64,000 nucleotides of DNA from Solirubrobacterales bacterium (GCA_038323835.1 JBBQHI010000018.1:3581-67580), one strand, 5' to 3'. Shown: positions 47,939 to 57,503, numbered from the stretch's first letter. The notes: a model not told the origin generated them from the sequence alone. Program-made: numbers and translations.

Positions 47939-48639
47939 GCGGTGTTCTGCGGGGCGAGCTCGGGATGCGACGCGTCCTCGAACTCGCGGAACAGCCCGGT
48001 GACCACAAAGGCCGTCTGCTCCCCGATATCCACGGCGTTGTCGCCGATGCGCTCGATGCAGCGGGCTACAAGCATCATGTGCATCGCCCATTCTCGCCTA
48101 TCGGCGTCGTCGCCGAGCTCCAGAGCCATCGCGAAGCAGCGGCGATTGAGGGTGTCGATCTCGTCGTCCTGGCGCACCAGATCCTGCGCGAGCCCCACGT
48201 CGCGCGCCGCGAACGCCTGTCCCGCCTGCACCACCTGCTGCCTTGCCTGCTCGCCCATCTGCTGGATCGTGGCCAGCAGTCCCGGGTCCGCCGGCGGCTC
48301 GTGGCCGGCCAGCGGCACCAGCTTGGCCATGTTCACGCACTGGTCGCCCATGCGCTCGATGTGCTTGATCACGTGGAGCATGGCGGCCACAAGACGGAGG
48401 TCTCCGGCCACCGGGGCCTGGAGCGCCAGTAGCGACAGGATGCCCTGGTGCACCTCGAGGTAGCGGCCGTCGATCCGGTCGTCGTCGGCGATGACCATGC
48501 TGGCCAGCTCCACGTCCTGGTGCTGAACGGTCTCAAGCGCGCGGTCGACCGCGGTGACCACCATGTCGAGCCCGCCGAGGGCCTGGCGCTCGAGCTCGGC
48601 GAGCTCCTTCTGGAACTGCGCCCTGACGGTATCGCTCAT
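47935..48639 (-). CDS. phoU: phosphate signalling complex protein PhoU
   Basis: ORF 47935..48639 has two PhoU repeats, each with an ERIGD/ERMGD motif. Confidence 0.95.
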   Translation of the reverse strand: MSDTVRAQFQKELAELERQALGGLDMVVTAVDRALETVQHQDVELASMVIADDDRIDGRYLEVHQGILSLLALQAPVAGDLRLVAAMLHVIKHIERMGDQCVNMAKLVPLAGHEPPADPGLLATIQQMGEQARQQVVQAGQAFAARDVGLAQDLVRQDDEIDTLNRRCFAMALELGDDADRREWAMHMMLVARCIERIGDNAVDIGEQTAFVVTGLFREFEDASHPELAPQNTA

Positions 48640-48648
48640 GAATCCTCT

Positions 48649-49566
48649 CTAGCCGACCTTACCGGTCACGTACGCCTCGGTACGCGAGTCAGAGGGGTTC
48701 GTGAAGATCTTCTCGGTCATGTCGAACTCCACGACCCGGCCGGTGCGATGGTCGTCGTCGGCCCCCAGCTCCACCGTGAAGAAGGCGGTCTTGTCGGATA
48801 CCCGGGCGGCCTGCTGCATGTTGTGGGTGACTATGACGATCGAGTAGTCCGTCTTCAGCTGGTGCATCAGGTCCTCGATCTTGCCCGTGCTGATCGGGTC
48901 CAGCGCCGAACACGGCTCGTCCATCAGGATCACATCGGGCGAAACCGCGAGACAGCGAGCGATGCACAGGCGCTGCTGCTGCCCGCCGGACATGCCGAAG
49001 GCGTTCGTCTTCAGGCGGTCCTTCACCTCGTCCCAGAGCGCGGCCTGCCGGAGCGCCTGCTCCACCTTCTCGTCCAGGTTCTCCTTGCGGCCGAGCACGC
49101 GCGGACCGAAGGCGATGTTGTCGTAGATCGACTTGGGGAACGGGTTCGGCTTCTGAAAGACCATGCCGATCCGCTTGCGGACCTCCACCGCGTCCACGCC
49201 CGGTGCGTAGAGGTCCTCGCCGTGGTAGCGCACGCTTCCCTCCACACGAGCGCCGGGGATCAGGTCGTTCATGCGGTTGAGGCACCGGATCAGCGTGGAC
49301 TTCCCGCAACCCGAGGGGCCGATGAGCGCGGTGATCTCGTTCATGCCGATGTCGAACGACACGTCGCGAACAGCCGGGTTCGCGCCGTAGCTCACCACCA
49401 CGTCGGAGAGCTGGAAGATCGACTGCCGCGCCGGCGCCTCGGTGCCGGCCGCCGCGGCGTTCTCCCCGGGGCGGCCGAACCGCTCTCCCTGATCGGGGAT
49501 GTCCACCCCGCGAGGGAGCCCCGCCTGCTCCTGCTTGTCCTCGGGCTCGGTCACGCGCTCCGCCAT
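48649..49566 (-). CDS. pstB: phosphate ABC transporter ATP-binding protein PstB
   Basis: [22 protein letters not shown] and ILMDEP motifs are present. The C-terminal end is PstB-like. Confidence 0.95.
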   Translation of the reverse strand: MAERVTEPEDKQEQAGLPRGVDIPDQGERFGRPGENAAAAGTEAPARQSIFQLSDVVVSYGANPAVRDVSFDIGMNEITALIGPSGCGKSTLIRCLNRMNDLIPGARVEGSVRYHGEDLYAPGVDAVEVRKRIGMVFQKPNPFPKSIYDNIAFGPRVLGRKENLDEKVEQALRQAALWDEVKDRLKTNAFGMSGGQQQRLCIARCLAVSPDVILMDEPCSALDPISTGKIEDLMHQLKTDYSIVIVTHNMQQAARVSDKTAFFTVELGADDDHRTGRVVEFDMTEKIFTNPSDSRTEAYVTGKVG

Positions 49567-49576
49567 GTGAGTTCTC

Positions 49577-50467
49577 CTACCACTTTTGCTCGTAGCGATT
49601 TCTAAGCCAGATCGCGACGCTGTTCATCAGGAGAAGCATGATGAGCAGGATCAGGATCGCAGCCGCGGCAAGCGGCCGGTAGTCGTTGATGTCGTTGGAG
49701 GCCCGCGAGATCCAGTTGAAGATCTGGATCGGGAGCGCGGTGAAGCGCGAGCCGAGGCCGTCCGGGTTGAACGCCGCCACCGTGGCGGCACCCACCACGA
49801 TCAGGGGGGCGGTCTCGCCGATCGCACGAGAGAGGGCGAGGATCACGCCGGTAGCGATGCCCGGGATCGAGGCCGGCAGCACCTGGCGTCGGATCGTCTG
49901 CCACTGCGTGGCCCCCAGGGCGAGCGAGCCCTCCCGGATCGAGGGCGGCACCGCCCTGATGGCCTCGCGCGAGGCGATGATCACCACGGGCAGCACGAGC
50001 AGGCCCAGAGTCAGCCCGCCGGCGAGCACGACCGGACCGAGCGAAAGGGGCCCGCGGACCAGGAAGGCCAGCCCCAGGATCCCGTAGACGACCGACGGGA
50101 CCGATGCGAGGTTCTGGATGTTCGTCTCGATCAGCCGGTTCCACCAGCGAGTGTTGTCGGCGTACTCCTCGAGGTAGATGGCCGTGGCCACCCCCACGGG
50201 CACGATGAACGCCGTGCATACGCCCATCAGCCAGATCGTGCCCCAGATGGCCGACTTGGCGCCCGCCTTGCCGGCGTCGATGGAGCTGAAGTTCGAGATG
50301 AAGTGCCAGTTGAGGTGGCTGAGGCCGTCCGCCGCCACGTCATAGATGAGCACTCCGAGCAGGACGATCGAGATCCCAAGGCAGAAGAGCAGCGCCAGCC
50401 GGAAGCTCACGTCCTTGAAGCGCTGCTTCGAGGACGGCGGGGCGATCACCCCGCCGTGCGTGCTCAC
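49577..50467 (-). CDS. pstA: phosphate ABC transporter permease PstA
   Basis: GTG 50467 overlaps the pstC stop (GTGA). The EAA-loop region reads [14 protein letters not shown]. Confidence 0.9.
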   Translation of the reverse strand: MSTHGGVIAPPSSKQRFKDVSFRLALLFCLGISIVLLGVLIYDVAADGLSHLNWHFISNFSSIDAGKAGAKSAIWGTIWLMGVCTAFIVPVGVATAIYLEEYADNTRWWNRLIETNIQNLASVPSVVYGILGLAFLVRGPLSLGPVVLAGGLTLGLLVLPVVIIASREAIRAVPPSIREGSLALGATQWQTIRRQVLPASIPGIATGVILALSRAIGETAPLIVVGAATVAAFNPDGLGSRFTALPIQIFNWISRASNDINDYRPLAAAAILILLIMLLLMNSVAIWLRNRYEQKW

Positions 50468-51408
50468 TCGTACACCTGCCGGTACTTCCGCACGAAGCGA
50501 ATGGCCACAAGGTTCATCAGCAGCGTGATGACGAAGAGCAGCATCCCCACGGCAAAGATCGTCTTGTACTCGATGCTCCCCGTGGGCGTGTCGCCGCCGG
50601 CCGTGGAGCCGATGAAGGACGCAAGCGACAGGTGGGCCCCGCGCGGATCGAGCGTGTTGCTCGCGGACGAGCCCGCGGCCACCAGCACGATCATGGTCTC
50701 CCCCACCGCACGGGACACGCCGAGCACGACCGCCGCGACGATCCCCGACAGGGCCGCGGGGAACACCACCCGCATGGAGACGTGGAACTTGGAGGCGCCG
50801 AGCCCGTAGGCGCCCTCGCGAAGCGATTGGGGCACCGCCGACATCGCGTCCTGGGCCACCGACGCGATCGTCGGCAGGATCATGAAGCCCATGATGATCC
50901 CGGCCGCGAGGGCGTTGAAGATGCTGACCTTCAGGTGGAGCAGGTCCTGGAGCACCGTGGGCGTGAAGAAGGTCAGCGCGAAGTAGCCGAACACGATCGT
51001 GGGCACTCCGGCGAGGGTCTCCAAAATCGGCTTGAGCGTCTTGCGCACCCGCGGTCGTGCGTACTCGCTGAGGAAGACGGCGGCGCCAAGGCCGAGCGGC
51101 GCGGCCACGCACAGGGCGATCGCCGTGGTGAGGAACGTGCCCACAACCAGCGGGCGTACGCCGAAGCTGCCCGGGTTGAACAGCGGCGTCCACTTCTTTC
51201 CGCTGAGGAACTCCCAGATGCCGATCGTGCCGAAGAAGTCGATCGTCTCGCGCAGAAGCGCGATCACGATCCCCGTGGTGGTGAGGAGCGAGATCAGCGT
51301 GGCGAGGATGAGGAGCCCCTTGATCACATCCTCGCCGTAGCGGCGGCGCGCCGCCCCCAACCTGGGGGCGGCGCGCTCACCCGCTGCGCTTACTCCTGCG
51401 GCTTCCAT
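50464..51408 (-). CDS. pstC: phosphate ABC transporter permease PstC
   Basis: ATG 51408 overlaps the pstS stop (ATGA). The product contains REGAYGLGASKF. Confidence 0.9.
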   Translation of the reverse strand: MEAAGVSAAGERAAPRLGAARRRYGEDVIKGLLILATLISLLTTTGIVIALLRETIDFFGTIGIWEFLSGKKWTPLFNPGSFGVRPLVVGTFLTTAIALCVAAPLGLGAAVFLSEYARPRVRKTLKPILETLAGVPTIVFGYFALTFFTPTVLQDLLHLKVSIFNALAAGIIMGFMILPTIASVAQDAMSAVPQSLREGAYGLGASKFHVSMRVVFPAALSGIVAAVVLGVSRAVGETMIVLVAAGSSASNTLDPRGAHLSLASFIGSTAGGDTPTGSIEYKTIFAVGMLLFVITLLMNLVAIRFVRKYRQVYE

Positions 51409-52379
51409 CAGCCGGCGTTCGCCTCTGCCTTCTTCAGCTCGGACTTGGACTTGGTGGTCTGCTCGGCCGTCAGCGGCACGATCTGGGAGCTCTTGGCGAT
51501 CGCGGCGGCGTTGGCCACCACGTAGTCCATGAATCCCTTGACCTGCGGCTTGGCCAGCGACTTCTCGTTCGGGTACATGAACAGCGGTCGCGAGAACGGC
51601 TTATACGTGCCGTCCTGAATCGTCGTGGTGCTCGGCTTCACGCACTTGCCGCTGCCGTCGTCGATGGCCACCAGGTTCAGCTTCTCGGCGTTCTGCTCGT
51701 AGTAGGAGAAGCCGAAGTAGCCGAACCCGCCGTCCGAGCCCTCCACTCCCTGGACCAGCACGTTGTCGTCGGCCGAGGGCTGGTAGTCGTCCCGTGAGAC
51801 GCCCTCCTCGCCGTTCACCGCGCCGGTGAAGAAGTCGAAGGTGCCCGAGTCGGTGTCCGGCCCGAACAGGGTGAGCTTGGAGTCCGGGAGCTTCGGGTCG
51901 ATGTCATGCAGGTTGTTGATCTTCGAGCCCTTGTTCCACAGCTTCTTGAGCTGGTCGACGGTCAGGCAGTCGACCTTCAGATTCTTGTTCGTGACGACGG
52001 CAATGCCGTCGTTGGCAACCTGGACCTCGCCGTAGGTGATGCCCTTCTTTTTGCAAATGGGGGCTTCCTCGTCGGGCTTGATCGGCCGCGACGCGTCCGA
52101 GATGTCCGTCTCGCCGTTGCAGAACTTCTCGAAGCCGCCTCCGGTGCCGGAGGTGCCCACCGTGATCTTCACGTCCGGGTTCTCACCCTGGAACGCCTCC
52201 TGCGCCGCCTGGGCGAACGGGGCCACGGTGCTCGAGCCGTCGATGGCCACGCTCCCGGAGAGGTTTCCGCCTCCGCCGCTGGAGCCGCCGGAATCGCTCG
52301 AGCTGTTGTTGCTATCGCCACAGGCCGCCACTCCCAGGGCGAGCACGCCGCACGCGGCGAGCGTGAGGAGGTTCCTCAT
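51408..52379 (-). CDS. pstS: phosphate ABC transporter substrate-binding lipoprotein PstS
   Basis: ATG 52379 is preceded by AAGGAG. There is a lipobox (VAAC) and the string [10 protein letters not shown]...TSGTGGG. Confidence 0.9.
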   Translation of the reverse strand: MRNLLTLAACGVLALGVAACGDSNNSSSDSGGSSGGGGNLSGSVAIDGSSTVAPFAQAAQEAFQGENPDVKITVGTSGTGGGFEKFCNGETDISDASRPIKPDEEAPICKKKGITYGEVQVANDGIAVVTNKNLKVDCLTVDQLKKLWNKGSKINNLHDIDPKLPDSKLTLFGPDTDSGTFDFFTGAVNGEEGVSRDDYQPSADDNVLVQGVEGSDGGFGYFGFSYYEQNAEKLNLVAIDDGSGKCVKPSTTTIQDGTYKPFSRPLFMYPNEKSLAKPQVKGFMDYVVANAAAIAKSSQIVPLTAEQTTKSKSELKKAEANAG

Positions 52380-52443
52380 GCAGGTCTTCTCCTTGAGTTC
52401 GTTCATTGCCGTCGCGGACGCTCGCATGGGGGTGGGGTCAGTC

Positions 52444-52482
52444 TGTTACGGACGTGTCGCATACCTGTAAAAAGGATGTGAA
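52444..52482 (-). promoter_or_regulatory. four Pho-box-like hexamers at exact 11-bp phasing upstream of pstS
   Basis: Read on the minus strand: TTCACA, TTTACA, GCGACA, GTAACA. The plus-strand starts are 52477, 52466, 52455 and 52444. They lie 65-103 nt upstream of the pstS ATG. Confidence 0.5.
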
Positions 52483-52550
52483 GACCGGGGAGTGGCCTCA
52501 GGGAGGAGCGCAGCCCGGGCGTCGGCCGGGCGAGCACCGGACCACTCGGT

Positions 52551-52910
52551 TCAGACCGGCCGCTCGGCCGCGTCCTGGCCGTCCGGAGCGAACCGGTACC
52601 CGAATCCGAAGTGGGTGTGGATGTACCGCCGCCGCGGAAACGCCTTCGCGAGCTTCTGCCGCAGCTTGCCCACGTAGACGTCCACCGAGCGGTCGGCCTT
52701 GCGGTAGTCGTCGCCCCACACCACCCGGTAGAGCTCCTCGCGGCTCACGATCCGCCCGTTGCGCTCCACCAGAGCGGTGAGCAGGGCCAGCTCCCGCACG
52801 GTCAGGTCCAGCGGCCGGCCCTTCACGAGCGCCACGAACTCGTCCGGCCGGATCTCGATCTCCGCCGCCCGGAGCGTCGCCTCGTGAGCGCTGTGTGGTG
52901 CCGCCGCCAT
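52551..52910 (-). CDS. stand-alone OmpR/PhoB-type winged-helix DNA-binding domain protein (no receiver domain)
   Basis: ATG 52910 gives a 119-aa product containing LDLTVRELALL...DRSVDVYVGKLRQKL...YIHTHFGFGYRF. It is a close paralog of the output domain of 53027..53908. Confidence 0.7.
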   Translation of the reverse strand: MAAAPHSAHEATLRAAEIEIRPDEFVALVKGRPLDLTVRELALLTALVERNGRIVSREELYRVVWGDDYRKADRSVDVYVGKLRQKLAKAFPRRRYIHTHFGFGYRFAPDGQDAAERPV

Positions 52911-52968
52911 CGCCGACACGAAAATGCCAGGCAGGAGCGGAAACTCGGTTACCTGGGCGTTTCCCACC

Positions 52969-52985
52969 TGTGAAAAATCTGTAAA
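52969..52985 (-). promoter_or_regulatory. Pho-box-like hexamer pair upstream of the receiver-less regulator
   Basis: Minus strand TTTACA-N5-TTCACA (plus strand CTGTGAAAAATCTGTAAAA), about 60 nt upstream of ATG 52910. Confidence 0.4.
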
Positions 52986-53026
52986 ACCGACCGGATTCGC
53001 TGGAAGGCGGCGTACACTGGCATTCG

Positions 53027-53908
53027 ATGACCGCCTCTGATGCAGGCCCTCTTCGGCTGGCGATTCTCGATTCGGACTCTGGCTTCGTGCGCGTGCTGAT
53101 CAAGCGCGCGGACGATCTCGGGTGGCAGTACCGCCGCCTCGAAGCCGCTCCGCTCGTCGAGGAGTTCGTGGCCATGCGGGTGAACGCCCTTGTCGTGGAC
53201 GTGGACCTCGTGAACGAGGAGCCGTGGCATTTCCTCGACCGCGTATCGGCCGCGCTTCCCGGGCTCGGCGTGGTCGTGTGCACCGGTCGCACCTCGGTGG
53301 CGCAGCGGGTTCGCGGGCTCCGGGCCGGCGCCGACGACTGGGTGACCAAGCCCTGTCATCCCGAGGAGGTGCTCGCACGCGTGGAGGCAGTGGTCCGCCG
53401 CCGCAAACGCGCCTCCGCCCGCGTGGAGACCGGCCCGCTCGTGGCCGGCGAGCTACAGGTCCGCGCCGATCAGTTCCAGGCCTTCGCGGCCGGCGCGAGC
53501 GTCGACCTGACCCGGCGCGAGTTCGAGGTTCTGCAGCTTCTGGCCCAGACAGCGGGCAAGGTGCTTCAGCGCGAGGAGATCTACCAGGCCGTGTGGGGCT
53601 ACGCGATGGCCCACGGCGACCGCTCGGTGGACGTGTTCGTGCGCAAGGTGCGCCAGAAGCTCGAGAAGGCCTCGCCCGACTGGAACTACATCCACACGCA
53701 CTTCGGCGTGGGCTACCGCTTCCAGCCGGAGCGCGCGGGCGGGGACGAGGGCGAGTCCGCATTCGAGCCGCCCTCCGATCGTGGGCCGGCTCCGCGTGAG
53801 GTGGAGGTACCGCCCGCGTCGGGCGAGGACCTGGCGCTGCTCGACGAGGGAGTCGGCGTCCCCATCGACCCCCGCGAGCTGCGGGCCTTCGAGCGCTCTA
53901 GTTCGTAG
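53027..53908 (+). CDS. orphan OmpR family response regulator with an acidic C-terminal tail
   Basis: ORF 53027..53908. The receiver has ILDSDS, VVDVD, VCTGR and VTKP. The output domain ends in YIHTHFGVGYRF. About 60 extra acidic or Pro-rich residues follow. No kinase gene is adjacent. Confidence 0.8.
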   Translation: MTASDAGPLRLAILDSDSGFVRVLIKRADDLGWQYRRLEAAPLVEEFVAMRVNALVVDVDLVNEEPWHFLDRVSAALPGLGVVVCTGRTSVAQRVRGLRAGADDWVTKPCHPEEVLARVEAVVRRRKRASARVETGPLVAGELQVRADQFQAFAAGASVDLTRREFEVLQLLAQTAGKVLQREEIYQAVWGYAMAHGDRSVDVFVRKVRQKLEKASPDWNYIHTHFGVGYRFQPERAGGDEGESAFEPPSDRGPAPREVEVPPASGEDLALLDEGVGVPIDPRELRAFERSSS

Positions 53909-53920
53909 TTCGCGCGGCGC

Positions 53921-54670
53921 TCAGGCCGCGAGCGCCGCCTGCTGCGGAAGTCCGCCCGCCAGGAGCTGCCAGGCGCGCTCGCGCACCAGCCGCGACGCCT
54001 CCCTCGGATCAGTGTTCGCCTGTAGGAGCGCCGCGAAGGCCGGGCGAAGCGACGGTGGCCGCGCGGGCCCATGAGCGTCGGAGGCCACGAAGGCGATGAG
54101 ACCGGCGCGGATCAGGGCGTGCCCGGCGTGCAGAGCCTCGTGGCCGTGCCGCCCCGTGAGCGACTGAGCGTTCACCTGGGCCGCCGAGCCCAGGGCCAGC
54201 TCCCTCCGCAGCGCGTCCGCACCCTCGGCGGCGGCACCGGCGGTGCGCTCGGGATGCGCGATCACCACCCCGAAGCCGCGTGCCCGCAGCTCGTCGGTGG
54301 CCTCATGGAAGCGAGCGGTGAAGCCCTCGAATGGCGTCTCCACCAGCAGCCAGCGGCCCGAGGCCGGGCCCTGGGCGATCGCGTCCAGCTCGCGCTGACC
54401 CAGCACTCCCACCAGGTCGTGCCCGAGCTCCCCGCCGCAATGCAGCTCCAGCGGGATGCCGGCCGAAGCCAGGGCGGCGCGCAGCTCGTCCACGCGTTCC
54501 GGCAGCTCCAGCGGATCGGTCATGAAGTCGCCGCGGACGTGCGGGGTCACCACCACGGTGCCGGTACCGGCGGCCACCGCGCCCCGGGCCAGCTCGAGGC
54601 TCTCGGACATGTCGCCCGGACCGTCGTCCACGCCGGGAAGAAGGTGAAAATGGAGATCCGCTGCATACAT
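53921..54670 (-). CDS. PHP-domain (CpsB/YwqE-like) protein-tyrosine phosphatase
   Basis: ATG 54670 (MYAADLHFHLLPGVDDGP). The product also contains TPH, HPER and SDAH. Confidence 0.75.
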   Translation of the reverse strand: MYAADLHFHLLPGVDDGPGDMSESLELARGAVAAGTGTVVVTPHVRGDFMTDPLELPERVDELRAALASAGIPLELHCGGELGHDLVGVLGQRELDAIAQGPASGRWLLVETPFEGFTARFHEATDELRARGFGVVIAHPERTAGAAAEGADALRRELALGSAAQVNAQSLTGRHGHEALHAGHALIRAGLIAFVASDAHGPARPPSLRPAFAALLQANTDPREASRLVRERAWQLLAGGLPQQAALAA

Positions 54671-54788
54671 GGTGTTTCCACCTTCGGGTCGATGGCCGCG
54701 GATCCGGTGACGGTTTGGTGAACCGCGGGTGGCGCTTCGGTGAATGTCTCCTGCTAAGCCGCGTGAGCGCTGGCATACTCCGCACCGC

Positions 54789-55382
54789 ATGCGGCCCGCA
54801 CGGACAGTCCGCCTTGCGGGAGTGATCGCTCCCTGCGCGCTCGTGCTGCATGAGCTGCGGTACCTGATCGGCTTCGGCCATCACGCCCACGAGGCCCTGG
54901 CCGAGCGCGGTCACGCCTACCTGCCCCTCGCGGGCGGCGCGGCCGGCCTGTTGCTCGCCCTGGCCGCGGCCCAGCTCATCGTGGCGCTCGACCGGGCCCG
55001 GCGCACCGCACGGGCGGAGGAGCCCCCGGGCCTGGTTCAGGTCTGGCTCGTGCTGGCGCTGGCACTGCTGGCGGTGTACACGGGCCAGGAGCTGCTCGAG
55101 GCCGCGCTCACCTCCGGGCGGGACGTGTCGGCCGCGGTCGTACTCGCGGGGGGTGGCTGGACCGCCCTGCCGCTCGCCCTCGCCATCGGAGCGCTCGCCG
55201 CACTCCTGGTGCACTTCGCCGGACGCCGCGTGGCCCTGGTGGCGCGGCGTGCCCGGCCGTGCGCCGCGCGGCCGGCGCCCATGACCCCGCGGCGCCGTGT
55301 GGCGCCCGTCCTCGTTCCGCCCTCGGTTATCGCCCGCCACCTCGCGGGCCGCGCTCCGCCTGCTCCCTTCTCGGCCCATTAA
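54789..55382 (+). CDS. hypothetical membrane protein with a His-rich N-terminal segment
   Basis: ATG 54789. The product has HELRYLIGFGHHAHEALAERGHAY followed by four hydrophobic helices. Confidence 0.55.
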   Translation: MRPARTVRLAGVIAPCALVLHELRYLIGFGHHAHEALAERGHAYLPLAGGAAGLLLALAAAQLIVALDRARRTARAEEPPGLVQVWLVLALALLAVYTGQELLEAALTSGRDVSAAVVLAGGGWTALPLALAIGALAALLVHFAGRRVALVARRARPCAARPAPMTPRRRVAPVLVPPSVIARHLAGRAPPAPFSAH

Positions 55383-55426
55383 GGCTTACCGCGCGCACGC
55401 GCGGTTCTCGAAAGGACCACACAGAT

Positions 55427-55879
55427 ATGTCGAGCAGGCAGCGACTGCTTGTACTCGCCGCCGCCGTGGTGGTGGCGGTGATCGCCTTCGTGGCGGTCCG
55501 TCCCAGTGACGACGACAAGAGCAGCAACACAGCGAACACGACTCCACAGCACGGAACCGGAACCACCACGGGGGCCGATGAGGTCACCCCGTCGCCGCCG
55601 GCGGCGCAGCGGATCGTGATCCGCGACAACAAGGTGGTGAAGGGACCGACGAGCATCGAGGTGACCAAGGGCGACCACGTGCGAATCGTGGTGAGCACCA
55701 ATCAGGAGGACGACCTCCACCTCCACGGCTACGACATCGAGAAGACGGCGGAGCCGGGCAAGCCGGTCACGTTCGTATTCGACGCCACGATCGAGGGCAA
55801 GTTCGAGCTCGAGAGCCACACGGCCGAGGACGCCGGACTCAACCCCAGGGTGGCGGACATCCTGGTTGAGCCCTCGTGA
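55427..55879 (+). CDS. membrane-anchored cupredoxin-fold protein (EfeO-N-like)
   Basis: ATG 55427 follows AAAGGA. The product has an N-terminal TM helix and the string IVIRDNKVVKGPTSIEVTKGDHVRIVVSTNQEDDLHLHGY. Confidence 0.65.
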   Translation: MSSRQRLLVLAAAVVVAVIAFVAVRPSDDDKSSNTANTTPQHGTGTTTGADEVTPSPPAAQRIVIRDNKVVKGPTSIEVTKGDHVRIVVSTNQEDDLHLHGYDIEKTAEPGKPVTFVFDATIEGKFELESHTAEDAGLNPRVADILVEPS

Positions 55880-57246
55880 CGCTCATAGCCCACGGGCTCG
55901 TCGTCCGGTCGGACCTGCCGATCCCGGAGTGGCTGTTCGGCTGGGCCGCGGCGATGGTCCTGTTCGTGTCCTTCGTCGCGCTGGCCTCCCTATGGCCGGA
56001 GCCGAAGCTGCAGGAGGAGCGGCGGCGTCCGTTGCCGGATCGCGTGAACCGAGTGCTGTCGAACCGCGTGGACGATGTGCTCGCCGGCGGCATCGGCGTG
56101 TTCCTGCTGGGCGTGGTGATGTGGAGCGGCTTCAAGGGCACCCAGAGCTCCACGGCGAACTTCGCGCCCACGTTCGTCTACGTGATCTTCTGGCTGGCGC
56201 TGGTGCCGGCCAGCATCCTGTTCGGAGACGTGTTCCGGGCGTTCAACCCGTGGCGCGCGATCGGGCGGGTGGTGGCGTGGGTGGCCCGGACCGCAGCGAG
56301 GACCGACCTCCCCGCCCCGCTCCCCTATCCCGAACGGCTGGGGAACTGGCCCGCGGCAGCCGGGATCTTCGCCTTCGCGGCGCTGGAGCTCGTCTACTCG
56401 GAGGGCAGCAAGCCCGAGACCGTGGCCACGGCCACGCTCGTGTACTCCGCGGTGACGTTCGTGGGCATGGCGCTCTACGGGGTGGAGTCCTGGATCAATC
56501 GCGGGGAGGCGTTCTCCGTCTACTTCAACCTGTTCTCGCGGCTGTCAGCGGTGGAGCGCAGGGACGGGCAGCTGGGCCTGCGCCGCCCGCTCTCGGGACT
56601 GCCCGCGCTCAGGCCGGTGGCGGGCACCGTGGCGCTGCTCGCGGTGATGATCGGGGCGGTGACCTTCGACGGCGCGGCCGAGGCCTCGCTCTGGACGAAC
56701 ATCGCCCCCCACATCGCGGAGTTCTTCAGGAACGTGGGGCTGTCTCCGCGGGACGCGCTCGAGCTGGCCTTCCTGGTGGGCCTGTTCGCGTCGGTGCTGC
56801 TGGTGGCCGCCTTTTACCAGCTGGGGGTGGCGGGGGCGCGCAGTGTGGGCGGGGGCTTCACGCAAGAGAACCTGTCGCGCCTGTTCGTTCACACGCTGGT
56901 GCCGATCGCGCTCGTTTACGTGGCCGCCCACTACCTGACCCTCCTGGTCTTCCAGGGACAGGCAGTCGTGTTCCTGGCCTCCGACCCGCTGGGAGACGGC
57001 TCCAACATCTTCGGCACCGCGGGCCGCTCGATCGACCACAGCGCGCTGGGCTCGAACGCCACCTGGTATCTCCAAGTGGCGTTCGTGGTCACCGGGCACG
57101 TCATCGCCCTGACCCTGGCCCACGACCGGGCGCTCGCCATCTACGAGAAGCCCCGGGAGGCCGTGCGCTCCCAGTACTGGATGCTGGTGATCATGGTCGG
57201 GTTCACGAGCCTCGCCCTCTGGCTCCTCTCCCAGTCCAACCAGTGA
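55876..57246 (+). CDS. polytopic integral membrane protein of unknown function
   Basis: GTG 55876 overlaps the upstream stop (GTGA). The 456-aa product has about 12 hydrophobic helices. Confidence 0.75.
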   Translation: MTLIAHGLVVRSDLPIPEWLFGWAAAMVLFVSFVALASLWPEPKLQEERRRPLPDRVNRVLSNRVDDVLAGGIGVFLLGVVMWSGFKGTQSSTANFAPTFVYVIFWLALVPASILFGDVFRAFNPWRAIGRVVAWVARTAARTDLPAPLPYPERLGNWPAAAGIFAFAALELVYSEGSKPETVATATLVYSAVTFVGMALYGVESWINRGEAFSVYFNLFSRLSAVERRDGQLGLRRPLSGLPALRPVAGTVALLAVMIGAVTFDGAAEASLWTNIAPHIAEFFRNVGLSPRDALELAFLVGLFASVLLVAAFYQLGVAGARSVGGGFTQENLSRLFVHTLVPIALVYVAAHYLTLLVFQGQAVVFLASDPLGDGSNIFGTAGRSIDHSALGSNATWYLQVAFVVTGHVIALTLAHDRALAIYEKPREAVRSQYWMLVIMVGFTSLALWLLSQSNQ

Positions 57247-57271
57247 CCCCCGGCGTGCAAACATCACCGCC

Positions 57272-57394
57272 ATGGTCCTGATCGCTCACGCCGGGCACTG
57301 GCTCACCTCCATCGCCTACTTCGTGCCCGTCCTGGCGTTCCTGGCCTGGCTCGGCGTGACGCAGTTCATAGAGCGCCGCGACCGCGGGCGCTGA
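57272..57394 (+). CDS. candidate 40-aa membrane micropeptide (below the ORF-track length cutoff)
   Basis: Manual translation gives MVLIAHAGHWLTSIAYFVPVLAFLAWLGVTQFIERRDRGR. Almost every codon ends in G/C. There is one TM helix. The N-terminus resembles MTLIAHG of the preceding protein. Confidence 0.4.
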   Translation: MVLIAHAGHWLTSIAYFVPVLAFLAWLGVTQFIERRDRGR

Positions 57395-57429
57395 GGGGGA
57401 CCCGCCCACGCTATCCTCGTGCCCCCCGA

Positions 57430-57503
<74 letters not shown>

